DNA of 63,912 nucleotides, filler included, from Chiloscyllium plagiosum (Eukaryota), in assembly GCF_004010195.1 (NCBI RefSeq). It is 4 parts of one record of this genome, joined end to end, with 100 filler letters (N's around TTAATTAATTAA, not from the genome) between each part and the next. Parts side by side here need not be neighbours in the genome. Positions count along the whole stretch, not along the records: positions 1 to 23,087 come from NC_057712.1; 3 more parts are not named here. The stretch is one strand, 5' to 3'. The translations under genes were made by a program, and so were the position numbers. The notes below the pieces were generated by a model. It made no database searches and had not been told where the DNA came from. It saw only the letters and a list, made by a program, of their open reading frames with translations. Position 1 is the stretch's first letter. Every line of letters starts with the position of its first letter. This document shows, piece by piece, positions 1 through 12,379 of this stretch.

Positions 1-872
1 CTTGTCACTGGCTGCCATTCCGAAAAAGAACCTTTTATCCCAATTCTCTGCCTTCTGTCAGACAGCCAATTCTCAATCCATACCAGTAGCTCACCTTGTA
101 CACTATGGGGCCTCTCCTTGCTCAGCAGCCTCCCGTGTGGCACCTTATCAAAGGTCTTTTGGAAGTCTAGGTAGACCACATCCACTGGGTTTCCCTGGTC
201 TACCCTATTTGTCACCTCTTCAAAGAATTCCAACAGGTTTGTCAGGCATGACCTCCCCTTACTAAATCCATGTTGACTTGTTCTAATCCGACCCTGCTCT
301 TCCAAGAATTTAGAAACCTCATCCTTAATGATGGATTCTAGAATTTTACCAACAACCAAGGTTAGGCTATTTGGCCTATAATTTTCCATCCTTTGTCTTG
401 ATCCTTTCTTGAACAAGGGGGTTACAACAGCGATCTTCCAATCATCCGGGAATTTACCCTGACTCCAGTGACTTTTGAAAGATCCCAACCAACGCCTCCG
501 CTATTTCCTCAGCCACCTCCCTCACAACTCTAGGATGTAGCCCATTGGGGCTAGGAGATTTATCAATTTTAAGTCCTTTTAGCTTTTCTAGCACTTTCTC
601 TTTTGTAATGGCAACCATACTCAACTCAGCCCCTGACTCCCTTTAATTGTTGGGATATTACTCATGTCTTCCACTGTGAAGACTGATGCAAAGTACTTAT
701 TAAGTTCTCCTGCTATTTCCTTACCTCCCATCACTAGGCTTCCAGCATCAGTTTGAAGTGGCCCAATGTCTACTTTTGCCTGTCGTTTGTTTCTTATGTA
801 TTGAAAGAAACTTTTACTATAATTTCTAATATTACTGGCTAGCCTACCTTCATATTTGATCCTCTCCTTCCT
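1..872 (-). mobile_element. CR1/HER1-type LINE ORF2 fragment (linker region to RT N-terminus), continues off the left edge
   Basis: ORF 621..926(-) reads LASNIRNYSKSFFQYIRNKRQAKVDIGPL...ELNKYFASVFTVED, and the reverse complement of 1-90 encodes a WIENWLSDRRQR-type RT segment; both are typical CR1 ORF2. Confidence 0.9.
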
Positions 873-1410
873 TTGAATATTGTGAACAATTCTGGTTGCC
901 CCATTACAGGAAGCATGTGGAAGCATTGGGAAAGGTGCAGAGGAGTTTACCAGGATGTTGCCTGGTCTGGAGGGAAGGTCTTATGAGGAAAGGCTGAGAC
1001 ACTTGGGTCTTTTCTCATTGGAAGGAAGAAGGCTAAGAGGGGATTTGATTGAGACATACAAGATGATCAGAGGATTAGACAGGGTAGACAGTGAAAGACT
1101 TTTTCCTAGGATGATGATGTCAGCTTGTACGAGAGGGCACAACTACAAATTGAGGGGTGATAGATTTAAGACTGATGTCAGAGGCAAGTTCTTTATGCAG
1201 AGAGTGGTAAGGGCATGGAATGCCCTACTTGCTAAGGTAGTCAACTCAGCCACATTAGGGAGATTTAAACAATCCTTAGATAAGCACATGGATGATTTTG
1301 GGATAGTGTAGAAGGACGAGCTGACAATAGTTCACAGGTCAGCGCAACATCGAGGGCCAAAGGGCCTGGTCTGCGCTGTATTGTTCTATATGTTACGTTC
1401 TATGTTCTAT
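873..1410 (+). mobile_element. CR1/HER1 LINE, 5'-truncated 3' end with (TTCTATG)-type tail
   Basis: ORF 955..1311 reads MLPGLEGRSYEERLRHLGLFSLEGRRLRGDLIETYK (ORF2 C-terminus), followed by a 3'UTR and the tail ttctatatgttacgttctatgttctat. Confidence 0.92.
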
Positions 1411-1636
1411 GAGTGTTCCCTCCCAGTTGGAGAACACTTCTGCGGTCTGGGACATTCAACCTCGGATCTTCCGGGTGACCATCCTCCAAGGTAGACTTCA
1501 GGACAGGCAACAACGCAAAGTGGCCGAGCAGAGGCTGATAGCCAGGTTCGGCACCCATGCGGATGACCTCAACCGGGACTTCGGGATGGCCTCACACTAC
1601 AGGTGACCCCACTGCACTGCACTGCACACACACAAA

Positions 1637-2411
1637 ATTGCCACTCAGATTGACAGGGGTGTTAAGAAGGCATACAGTGTTTTGGCCTTTATTAATAGAA
1701 GGATTGAGTTCCGGAACCAGGAGGTTATGCTGCAGATGTACAAAGCTCTGGTACGGCCACACTTGGAGTATTGTGTACAGTTCTGGTCACCGCATTATAA
1801 GAAAGATGTGGAAGCTTTGGAAAGGGTGCAGAGGAGATTTACTAGGATGTTGCCTGGTATGGAAGGAATGTCTTACGAGGAAAGGCTGAGGGCCTTTAGG
1901 CTGTTCTCGTTAGAGAGAAGATGGTTGAGAGGTGACTTAATAGAGACATACAAGATAATCAGAGGGTTGAATAGGGTGGACAGGGACAGCCTTTTTCCAA
2001 GTATGGGGACGGCAAACATGAGGGGACACAACTTTAAAGTGAGGGGAGATAGGAATAGACAGATGTCAGAGGTAGTGTCTTTACTCATAGAGCAGTAAGG
2101 GTATAGAATGCTTTGAGGAGAAAGTGAGGTCTGCAGATGCTGGAGATCAGAGCTGAAAATGTGTTGCTGGAGAAGCGCAGCAGGTCAGGCAGCATCCAGG
2201 GATGCTGCCTGACCTGCTGCGCTTCTCCAGCAACACATTTTCATTATGGAATGCTTTGCCTGCAACGGTAGTGGATTCACCAATTTTAAGTGCATTTAAG
2301 TCATCATTGGACAGGCATATGGACATACATGGAATAGTGTAGGTGGGATGGGCTTCAGATTGGTATGACAGGGCCAAAGGGCCTGTACAACTGTAATGTT
2401 CTATGTTCTAT
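1637..2411 (+). mobile_element. CR1/HER1 LINE 3' fragment nested in the CA tract of the PLE
   Basis: ORF 1682..2098 reads LQMYKALVRPHLEYCVQFWSPHYKKDVEALERVQRRFTR; the tail is gttctatgttctat. Confidence 0.92.
2116..2244. mobile_element. Short fold-back PLE pLTR insert (family A') with a ~14-bp TSD
   Basis: Inverted arms tgaaaatgtgttgctggagaagcgcagcaggtcaggcagcatc and its reverse complement. Flanks are tatagaatgctttg (2102-2115) and tatggaatgctttg (2245-2258). Confidence 0.85.
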
Positions 2412-2412
2412 A

Positions 2413-2626
2413 AACACGCGCACACACACACAGATGCGCACTTACACACACACACACATACACACATGCACACACACACTCCGACCCATACACTCACGCA
2501 GATCCTTTCTCATACACAAGCTCTCTCTCACACTCACACATATATTCCCACACTCACACGCGCACACGTACACTCATAACCACGTCCCCAAACACACATC
2601 CACATGCACACACACACACACACATA
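2413..2626. repeat. Imperfect (CA)n tract within the PLE family B 3' region
   Basis: Directly visible CA/CACT-rich low-complexity tract. Confidence 0.9.
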
Positions 2627-5600
2627 TAAATTTGTGGGCTGAATTTGTACTTGCAGATTTACATTTTGTTTTGCTCAAAAACTGCATGAATCCATGTAAG
2701 AGTCTGTAACTCAGTTTCTGAGATTAGAATCAGTCTGAACATCGTGGCACAGACAGTCTCACGCAGGGCACCTCACACCTTCAATGCATTATCTGGGCTG
2801 ACATGACACCAATTGTTAAAGTTCACTTGAGAATGTAACTTTTAAAAAGTACTGTGATATACATATGAAGGAACTGAAACCAACATGTTCATTCTAAAAG
2901 ATGAGAGACTTAACAAACAACCCAGGTCTTTTTCAATATATAATTTCAGTTACATCACACTGTAAACTATGCTATAAATTCCATGTCTTACGATTTTACA
3001 CTCCACAACCACCTGATGAAGGAGCAGTGCTCTGAAAGGTAGTGCTTCCAAATAAACCTATTGAACTAAAACCTGGTGTTATATGATTTTTAACTTTGTT
3101 CATCCCAGTCCAACACCGCAGCTCCACATCATTCCTGTAGTAGTACAGCTCCAACTCCTATGTCACTAGCATTGGTGGCAACTTTAAAAGGGTTTGAAAA
3201 GTTTGGTGTAGCTAAAACTGGTGTGGTGGTTAATATTGCTTTCTAATGGTCAAACACCTCCTGGCATTGTTCTATCCACCAAGACTTTGTGTTCTTCTTC
3301 AGCAAATCGGTTAACAGTGCCACTACACTACTGACATTTGGAACAAACTTCTGATAGAATCCGTTGGGTTCTAAGAATCGAAGCACCTCTTTCTTCAAGG
3401 TTGGTCATGGAAATTCCTCGATGGCCTTCCTCTTTGTGTTCCGTGGGGTCAATCTTTTATGATCGATGTTATGTCCCAAGAATGTCACCTCTGCTTTCGT
3501 GAATTCTGTTTTAAGTTCATTACCAGTTTTCCTTCTCACAGGCATTCAAAGAGCTCTGCCAACAGTACCATGTGATCTTTCCAGGATTTACTAAGGTTCA
3601 CTACATTGTTCAAATAGTCTGCTCAGTTTGTTAACCCAGCCACAACTCTGGGGTGTCTTTGGAATGTGGCGGCTGCATTCTTCATTCCAAAGGGCATCAC
3701 TTTAAACTGATATAGCCCTTTTGAAGTTACAATCTCAGAAATTTCTTTTGCTGTCTCTGATAAAAGTACTTGCCAGTAACCACACTTTAAGTCCAACTTG
3801 GTGATGTAACTAGCTTGTCTGACTTTCTCGATACAGTCCTCCAATCTCGGAATTGGATATGAGTCCAAATTTGTAACAGCGTTGACCTTCCGATGATCCA
3901 CACAGAATCTTTGAGTCCTGCCTGGTTTGTGAACTATGACGATCAGCGAACTCCTCTTGCTCTGGCTTGGTTCGATGATGTCCTCGTCGAACATGGCCTC
4001 CACCTCCATCTGGACCTGTCTGGCTTTGAGAAGATTAAGCCGATAGGGGTGTTGTTTTATCGGAGCAGTATTTCCCTACATATACTTCATATACAATAGC
4101 ATTAGTCCTCCCCACCTGATTCTTACATATGTCCTTATACTGCAGTAACAAACCTTTCAGCTGTGTTCTATGGTCCGGAGACAGATAGCTTACTAACCTA
4201 TTCCACTCCTCAAGGACTTCTTCATGTTTTAATCTATTCTGAGGCACATCAAAAGCCACATCACCTGGTTTTGATTCCTCATTCTGCAGGGCAGTAACTA
4301 ACACCTGTTTCTCCAGTTCTTTCTCTCTCCTAGTTCTCTGGAAGGGACCGACACACTCATTTATAACCAATGTGAAAGGTTCTTCAAATGCAGGAATTGG
4401 CAACAAAGGCACTGATTATATTATCACCTGTGGCCTACCTATCATTTGGCATGTATGACACGTAGGCAAAAGTTAACCACATCCTTGTGCATTCCAGGCC
4501 AATAAAAATGTTTTTGTACCTTAGCCTGAGTCTTTCATACCCCTAGATAACCTCCTACAGGTAGTACATGTGCTATTCATAACACCTCCTGTCGATATGC
4601 TACCGGCAACACAATCTGGTGCACTTCGGCACACTTCTTCACTGCCCTAACTTGCCGTGCTCCCCATTTCCATCTTAGGATTCTACCTTTCTCTTAATAG
4701 CCCTCAGGAATATTCTCTGCTTCCTTTTCAGTGTACACATCCACATGTATACGTTTTATCGTCTTGTCTTTCTGTTGCAAATCCCTTTGACTTTCAGGAC
4801 TAAACACTTCTGTCTGATCCTCTGTCTGTTCAGGCTTTTCTTGACCATTACATCAATCAGGGTGTGCACTAACTGAACCTCAACTCCTTCATTTTTCTCT
4901 ATAGTTTTTGCTTCGTGCTGTTACTTATGATAGTGGGATCTTGTTACTACACAGTCTGGGAAAATACCAGGATATTTTTCTATTAACTCCTCAGTTTTTT
5001 GGTCTTCCTTGGGCTTCTCCACAACAAAGGGTGTCATTCCCACTTTGGACCTTGCCAAATCATTCCCAAAAACAAATTGAATTCCTGGAACTGACACTCT
5101 GTCAATCACTCCCACTGTAACTTCCCCAGTCTTGAGTTGGCACTCCAACCTGATCTTACACAGGGCAATGCTAAATTTATGTCCATCTATCCCACAATTT
5201 ATCACGCTCTTGGGTAACAGATCAGAAATAGTGCAAATTCATTCATTCCTTACTATCAGCGACTGGTTAGATCCTGTGTCTTTCAAAATTATAACTTCTT
5301 GTCCTTCTCCTCCTGTTCTTTCTAAGTAAACTTTACCCACAGAGGCGAATTCTTTGTAGATATTAGGTACTAACTCCATACCCACCCACTGCCTAGGATG
5401 TGCACTCTCCTGCAGCTCCTTGGCTTATCTTGGGGTGTCCTTTACTACCTTCACTAATGACACTAGCTTAGCTTCTTTTACCACATCCTTTCTCGCAGTG
5501 CCTTTCGTTAATGACCAGCACTGTGAGTTTATGTGTCCATCTTCTGTATTGAAAACCGCTTTTCCCAGTGCCCTTTTTAAACCATTGGCACTGTCATTTT

Positions 5601-6139
5601 CTGTATCCCACTCCATGACGGTAGGAAGAAATTCTGGTAGGAAGCTTGTCTTATGCACAAACTTCTGCTGCCCTCCTCACTTCCTGAACTTTCTGTTCCT
5701 CCATGTGAATTCTTACCAGCAGAATAATCTCTCTTAGAGCCTCAAAGGTCCTATCTATTTTTAAAGCATGCACCATCTATCAAAATGATTATACTTAATT
5801 CTTTCAAACTCAACGTAAGTTTGACTTAGTTCCTTCTTTTTTGTTTCTGAACTGCTGTCTATAGTCTTCTGGTACCTCTTCATAATCTCTTGACTGTTCA
5901 TCTGACAGCACAGCAAACACCTCTGCCTACCAATTTAATCTGAACTAGCATTACCCATAAATCCTCAGACCACTCCATCTGCCTAGCCGATTCTTCAAAT
6001 GAAATAAAGGAAGCTTCAACATCTTTCCCATCAAAATGTGGCAGAGTTTTGACATATTTGTATTTATCACTACCTTCTCTTTTAATCTCCATCCTGTTAC
6101 CTTGACTTGGCTGACTAAGTTGCAACTTCTCAAGTTCAA

Positions 6140-6305
6140 ATTCTCTCTCTTTTTGCTCAGCTAAGAACCTTTTCTCTCTTTCTTTTTCCTCTCTCTCTCT
6201 CTCTCTCTTTCTCTCTCCTTTTCTTCTCTCTCCCTTTCTCTCTCTCTTTCTTCTCTCTCTATTTGCTCAGCCAACAACTGTCTCTCTGTCTCTGTCCTCT
6301 CTCGC
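6140..6305. repeat. (TC)n-rich tract inside Gypsy gag, encoding an E/R/K-rich stretch on the minus strand
   Basis: Visible pyrimidine repeat; its reverse complement reads as GAG/AGA/AAA codons. Confidence 0.75.
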
Positions 6306-6773
6306 TCATTGTTTATCTTTCAACTCCATTTGACTCAATTGTAATTTAAAGTTTTCCATCTCTACTGCATTTGTTTGTTTCTCTGACACACCCAAGTGTT
6401 TGAGTAACTGCCTTACAATTTCAGCTTTACTTTTGTCCTTGATTAAACCCAAATTTAACTTCATTGCTATTTCTAAACTTTCCTTCTAAACTTTCTTGGC
6501 AAAATTGAGAATCATCTTAAATCCCAGAACCTCTGTAGCAATTTTAAAAGCCACTTCTCTCACTTTTAATTTAATCAACCACAAGTCACTGAAATTAAAC
6601 AAAATGTCTCACCTATGTTTTGTTTGAAGATCTAGGACACGAACTTGCAAGTGTTTAAATCTACTGGGATTTTTCGTACCCCAAATCTATTCAAATCTGT
6701 CCAAATCTCAGATTGGATCTGTCTAGACCTATTAAAATCATGAATCCAAGACCCAAACCGATCAAACCCCAGT

Positions 6774-6785
6774 GATGAGCCCCCA
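6774..6785 (-). promoter_or_regulatory. Primer-binding site, tRNA-Pro-like
   Basis: The minus strand reads LTR end ...TCATAACA-gtt-TGGGGGCTCATC, matching 11 of the first 12 nt of the tRNA-Pro PBS TGGGGGCTCGTCCGGGAT. Confidence 0.75.
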
Positions 6786-6788
6786 AAC

Positions 6789-7843
6789 TGTTATGACATG
6801 GGGTAACACCCTCCCTCCCCGACTGCTAATTTAAACAAGTAACACAGAAAGGATTTACCGTGTGTGGTGATCTGTGAAAATTCGAGAGGCAAAGAACTAT
6901 CCCAAATGTCACTATATAAAGTAAAATTAACAACATTTTTTAAAAGAATATTAACTGACAACTATTTGCAACTCCTTTCTCTAAGCCTATCTTTTACCTT
7001 CCCCTCTACGATGCTGGTCAGATTAAAAATACCGATTACAATTTACAAAAAATATAATCATGTTTCAAAACCAGTCAGCTTTGCTGAATGTCCTCTGTAG
7101 ATTTTCTTCTGTCTTCCTTTCTTCTTCTTAGGGATTCTGGTTCACATGTCTTTAATAGATAAAAGGTACCTTTCAGAGAGCTGTTCTGCAGGCGGCCTGT
7201 ATTTGTTGGTGGTTTGGCAGTTCTCTCTGTCGCTTTGGCTAACTGTTCAAAATGTCTGCTGTTTATACCCTGAAGCACTGGATCGTTTCATTGGTTTTAG
7301 TATTATCAAAATACTAAGTTCAAACTTGATTGGAGCTTAGTATCTTGGGGCATAATTTAAACTGATTTGCCAAATTTAAATTTTTTTTTTAGATTAGATT
7401 ACATTACAGTGTGGAAACAGGCCCTTCGGCCCAACAAGTCCACACCGACCCGCCGAAGCATAACCCACCCATACCCCTACATTTACCCCTTACCTAACAC
7501 TACGGGCAATTTAGCATGGCCAATTCACCTAACCCGCACATCTTTGGACTGTGGGAGGAAACCGGAGCACCCGGAGGAAACCCACGCAGACATGGGGAGA
7601 ACGTGCAAACTCCACACAGTCAGTCACCTGAGGTGGGAATTGAACCTGGGTCTCTGGCGCTGTGAGGCAGCAGTGCTAACCACTGTGCCACGTGCTGCAC
7701 ACGGTGTCTCATAGCAACTCAGCCACTTTAACTGTTCGACCGAATATTACATTTCTACTTTGTTCTGAACTCTCTGTGCTTCTCAAATCCTTGCCAGCTT
7801 TTCAACTCTGTTAAAGGTACAGTATCCTTACACCTTCATAACA
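6789..7843 (-). mobile_element. 5' LTR of the Gypsy element (~735 bp plus an inserted HE1 SINE)
   Basis: Terminal inverted repeats TGTTATGA (6789-6796) and TCATAACA (7836-7843), adjacent to the PBS. Confidence 0.8.
7381..7700 (-). mobile_element. HE1-type tRNA-derived V-SINE inserted in the LTR
   Basis: On the minus strand: tRNA head (gcacagtggttagcactgctgcc..ggttcaattccc), V-domain-like core (gtgggtttcctccgggtgctccggtttcctccc) and CR1-like tail (gggcctgtttccacactgtaa..aatctaatct). Confidence 0.88.
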
Positions 7844-7850
7844 CAATTAA

Positions 7851-8470
7851 TGGCATTACCATTGATGAACATTCCTCTGTTAACATCCGATGGATTTCTT
7901 AATTGGGCAAGCTTATAAATATTGGATCCACAGGAGCAGATCAATTTCTAGGAATTCTGCTGCAAGTAAGTTATCTTCAGACTACCACAAATACAAGTTA
8001 GGAATGTGATGGAATACTTTCCACTTGCCTGGATTATGCTACTTCTAACAGCACTCAAGAAAGTCTACACCATACAGCCTATTTGAACAACACTCCATTC
8101 ATCAACGTAAACATTCATTCTCTTCCCATGCCACCCCTTTGCAGACAGTGGTAGCAAATGTACCATCATCCAAGTGCACTGCAGCAAATTACCAAGGCTT
8201 CTTTGACAGCACCCTCTAAACATGCCACCCACTAAACAGCAGCAGATGCATGGAAACACAAGCACTCTGAATTTCCCTTCCAATCCATGCACATTCAGAC
8301 TTGGAACTGTATCACTGCTGTCACTGAGTCAAAATTCCTTCCGGCAACATTGTGTTCACCTACATCATAAAGATAGCAACAGTTCAGGAAGGCTGTTCAC
8401 TACCAACTTATCAAACTTTACCAGCAGACAATAAATGTAGGCCGAGTCAGGAGGTGCTCATATCTCAAGG
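7851..8470 (+). mobile_element. Old non-LTR retrotransposon 3' end (L2/CR1-group; shares its tail with the SINEs at 18990, 20762 and 31810)
   Basis: Degenerate RT C-terminal sequence (aggaatgtgatggaatactttccacttgcctgg) and tail (caataaatgtaggcc) resembling the SINE 3' ends; an inverted homologue lies at 21565-21900. Confidence 0.55.
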
Positions 8471-8904
8471 ACAGAAATAAAAAGCAGAGAAAAAGCATGA
8501 ACATGAAACAGAGAATGGGTGGTTAAGAAATATTTTCTGAGCTGGAATAAAGCCTGAAGTGATGTTTCCAAAGGTCAAATGATAGACCTTTAGATTATAT
8601 ATAAATGTTCCTGATTATATATAAATGACTCAGACTTTGGCAGAATTTCAAAATCTTTGGTGATACAGAACTTGGAAATATTGAAACTGGATGGAGATAG
8701 TATAGAACTTCAAAAGGACATTATCAATTTTAATGAATTCATTAATGTTGCTTGATCAATGGCCTGCCTTTCACTGTAAGGTCAGAATTTACTGTTGATT
8801 GCACAATGTTCAGCACCATTTGTAACTCCTCAGATTCGATAGCAAACCATGTCCAAATGCAAGACAATCTGCACAATGTTCAGGATAGAGCTGAAAAGTG
8901 GTAA

Positions 8905-9195
8905 ATTTCATTCCTTTAAAACTGATTCCACATCACAATTGACTCCACCCATGTCACTACTCACTACTGCACTGATAGCTTCCATTATTAATAAAGTTAC
9001 CGCACTTACTTTTCCTTTTCTGCATATTCAACTGGAATGTTGAACACCTTTGAATATTGAGTTCCCAATCTTGGTCACCCTGCAACCACATCACTGTAGC
9101 AGCTATCAAGTTATATTCCTTTATTTCAATTTGTGCTGCAAACTCATTGATCTTGTCGTGTGCATTCAGATAAAGAGCCTTAAGCTTTGACTTTT
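8905..9195 (-). mobile_element. Old CR1 ORF2 N-terminal (APE endonuclease) fragment
   Basis: The reverse complement encodes ALYLNA..KINEFAAQIEIKEYNLIA..WLQGDQDWELNI. Confidence 0.75.
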
Positions 9196-9200
9196 AACCG

Positions 9201-11126
9201 TCGGGGCAGGGTGAGTAGTAAATAAGAACAACCTCACCATCAAGCCAGCGGATAAAGGGGGCGCAGTGGTAGTCTGGTGCACTGACCTCTACACCGCTGA
9301 AGCCAGACGCCAACTCGAGGACACCTCTTTCTACTGCCCCCTGGACCATGACCCCACTCCCCATCACCAAACCATCATCTCCCAGACCATACCTCATCAC
9401 CTCAGGAGATCTCCCACCCACAGCTTCCAACCTCATAGTCCAGGAACCCCGCACCACCCGGTTCTACCTCCTTCCCAAGATCCACAAGCCTGACCACCCT
9501 GGCCGACCTATTGTCTCAGCATGCTCCTGCCCCACTGAACTCATTTCTACGTACCACAACACTGTCCTGTTCCCCCTAGTCCAGGAACTCCCCACATACG
9601 TTCGAGACACCACCCACACCCTCCACCTCCTCCAAGACATCTGTTTCCCCGGCCCCCAATGCTTCATCTTCACCATGGATATCCCGTCCCTCTACACCTC
9701 CATCCGCCATGACCAGGGCCTCCAAGCCCTCTGTTTCTTCCTCTCCCGACATCCCCAAAGTACCCTTCCACTGACACTCTCATCGTTTGGCCGAACTGGT
9801 CCTCACTCTTAACAATTTCTCCTTCGAATCCTCCCACTTCCTCCAGGCCAAAGGGGTAGCCATGAGCACCCGTATGGGCCCCAGCTATGCCTGTCTCTTT
9901 GTTGGCTATGTAGAGCAGTTGATCTTCCGTAATTACACCAGCACCATTCCCCACCTCTTTCTCCGCTACATTGATGACTGCATTGGCGCCAACTTGTGCT
10001 CCCACGTGGAGGTTGAGCAATTCATCAACTTCACCAACTCATTCCACCCTGACCTTAAATTTACCTGGACCATCTCTGACACCTCCCTCTCCTTCCTGGA
10101 CCTCTCCGTCTCCATTAATGATGACCGACTTGACACCGACATTTTTTACAAACACGACTCCCACAGCAACCTGGATTACACCTCTTCCCAGCCTACTTCC
10201 TGCAAAAATGCCATCCCGTATTCCCAATACCTCCGCCTCCGCCGTATATGACCCCAGGAGGATCAGTTCCACCATAGAACACACCAGATGCCCTCATTCT
10301 TTAGAGACCGCAATTTCCCTTGCCACGTGGTTAAAGATGCCCTCCAATGCATCTCGTACACATCCCGCACCTCCGCCCTCAGACCCCACCCCTCCAATTG
10401 TAACAAGGACAGAACGCCCCTGGTGCTCACCTTCCACCCTACCAACCTTCGCATAAACCAAATCATCCGCTGACATTTCCGCCACCTCCAAACGGACCCC
10501 ACCACCAGGGATATATTTCCCTCACCACCCCTTTCTGCCTTCAGCAAAGACCGTTCCCTCTGTGACTACCTGGTCAGGTCCACGTCCCCCTACAACCCAC
10601 CTTCCTGTTCTGGCACCTTCCCCTGCCACCGCAGGAATTGCAAAACCTGCACCCACACCTCCTCCCTCACCTCCATCCAAGGCCCTAAAGGAGCCTTCCA
10701 CATCCGTCAAAGTTTTACCTGCACATCCACCAATATCATTTATTGTATCTGTTGCCCNGTGGACTTCAACAGTTTCCTCATTTCCCCTTCCCCCACCTCA
10801 CCCCAGTTCCAAACTTCCAGCTCAGCACTGTCCCCATGACTTGTCCTACCTGCCTATCTTCTTTTCCACCTATCTACTCCACCCTCCTCCCTGACCTATC
10901 ACCTTCATCCCCTCACCTATTGTACTCTATACTACTTTCTCCGCACACCCACCCTCCTCTCATTTATCTTTCCACCCTTCAGGCACTCTGCCTGTATTCC
11001 TGATGAAGGGCTTTTGTCCGAAAAGTCGATTTTACTGCTCCTCAAATGCTGCCTGAACTGCTGTGCTCTTCCAGCACCACTAATCCAGAATCTGGTTTCC
11101 AGCATCTGCAGTCCTTTTTTTTAACC
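9201..11126 (+). mobile_element. Penelope-like element (family A), 5'-truncated: RT, start of GIY-YIG, and 3' pLTR
   Basis: Motifs IKPADKGGAVVVW, FYLLPKIHKP..GRPIVS, MDIPSLYTSI, GVAMSTRMGPSYACLF, FLRYIDD, FLDLSV, then a Cys motif and IIYCICC. Contains frameshifts and a single N at 10758. The pLTR ends ccagcatctgcagtcc. Confidence 0.92.
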
Positions 11127-11911
11127 TAGTAAGTAAGACAGGGTTGGTAAGATATAGCTAGATAATATATTCGGCCTAGAGAGGGAGAAATCCCTCCAGA
11201 AAACTCAACTCATCTGTCACTTAGCTGAAACAACATACGATTCATACCTAGCAACCTAAGCACAGATGGCCAAAGTAGCAAAAAATATTTTATTCACAAA
11301 GAAACTGTGGGTGACTGACTCAAGTTGCAAATTAGATAGCCCCTACCCTCTAATCCCCAAATAATTGATGGTCCAGATAATAACTGTGGGGCAGGAATAG
11401 GCAACAAGGTGAGCAATTCTCAGAGTCTTAAGGCCTGCAGTGCACCAGCCAATTCCTGGCTTTGTAACCATGTGCCCAGTGAGCTTCATGACAAATCTGC
11501 CTGGAATATACTGTGCCACATACATTCGGCTATCACATTATGTTTTCGAGGAGTTGGTGGGGAGCTTTCCTATTGAATGACTGCAGTCCATAGAGTGAAG
11601 GCTCTATTAGGTGAGTCTATTAGGCTTTTGTTATATTTTAAACAAAAGATGCTGGAGTTAACCACCCCCACCCCAGAACGATGGGTTTTCATTTCTTTTC
11701 TAGTGATATTTAACAAAGTATTTTACATTTTCATAGAAATTCTCTCACTCCTAAAAAATGATGCACCACAAATTAGCTGATATTGAAACTTCTGTGTATT
11801 CACTGCTCCTTTGTACATTTGTAATTGATATAAGCTGTGACTGAACCAGGATCTGCAGGAGGGAATTTTGAACCCGCTGTTGCACTATACTCTGGAGATG
11901 TAATTACTAAT

Positions 11912-12118
11912 GAGGTAAAAACAAGGACTGCAGACGCTGGAAACCAGATTCTAGATTAGAGTGATGCTGGAAAAGCACTGCAGTTCAGGCAGCATCCAAG
12001 GAGCAGGAAAATCGACATTTCGGGCAAAAGCCCTTCATCAGGAATTGAAATGTCGATTTTCCTGCTCCTTGGATGCTGCCTGAACTGCAGTGCTTTTCCA
12101 GCACCATTCTAATCTAGA
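11912..12118. mobile_element. Fold-back PLE family A pLTR insert with a perfect 14-bp TSD
   Basis: Inverted arms of ~70 bp around 12022-12046. TSD atgtaattactaat at 11898-11911 and 12119-12132. Confidence 0.92.
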
Positions 12119-12379
12119 ATGTAATTACTAATATCAATTAATAAAGTGGATGAGAGTTGTCTCTCTTGTAATTGAAATGCAATTGATGCCTAGAATGAAC
12201 CCATTCACACTCTACTGTTTGGAACTGCTGCTTCACACCTTGTTTCCATTAAACCACTTTACAACAAAGTTCAGTCCGTCTAGATCTTTCTTTTTCAGGT
12301 AAGTTGGTCCAAACATGAGAACACACTACAAGCAGTTTCAGTGGTAACCCACAGATGGTTGCAGAACTGCGGAAGCCGA

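Larger units (their letters stand above)
1411..3131 (+). mobile_element. Penelope-like element (family B) 3' fragment: ORF C-terminus, CA-rich 3' region and pLTR; interrupted by a CR1
   Basis: 1411-1606 encodes LPVGEHF..GHS..DLRVTILQGRL..RQQRKVAEQRLIARFGTH..LNRD (GIY-YIG C-terminus, one frameshift). 2990-3131 is the same pLTR seen at 16610, 26681, 38519 and 53546. Confidence 0.8.
3132..6788 (-). mobile_element. Decayed Ty3/Gypsy LTR retrotransposon internal region, Gmr1-like order gag(SCAN-like)-PR-IN-RT-RH
   Basis: Minus-strand motifs in order: gag LPHFDGKDVEASFISFEE..W..W (~6060-5950); SCAN-like VPEDYRQQFRN...FDRW..ALREIILL..RAAE (~5875-5660); protease ILKDTGSNQSL (~5290-5255); integrase Zn finger AH..KT..HFYWPGMHKDV..CHTCQ and PLLPIPAFEEPF (~4620-4350); RT RFCVDHRKVN, KLDLKCGYWQV, VMPFGMKNAAATFQR (~4000-3620); RNase H start PFKVATNASDIGVGAVLLQ (~3200-3135). 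Confidence 0.9.

Noticed and set aside
2365..2709. His/Thr-rich ORF
   Set aside because: Translation of a (CA)n tract.
7620..7700. tRNA-like sequences at SINE heads
   Set aside because: Each is fused to a SINE core and LINE-derived tail, so they are not tRNA genes.
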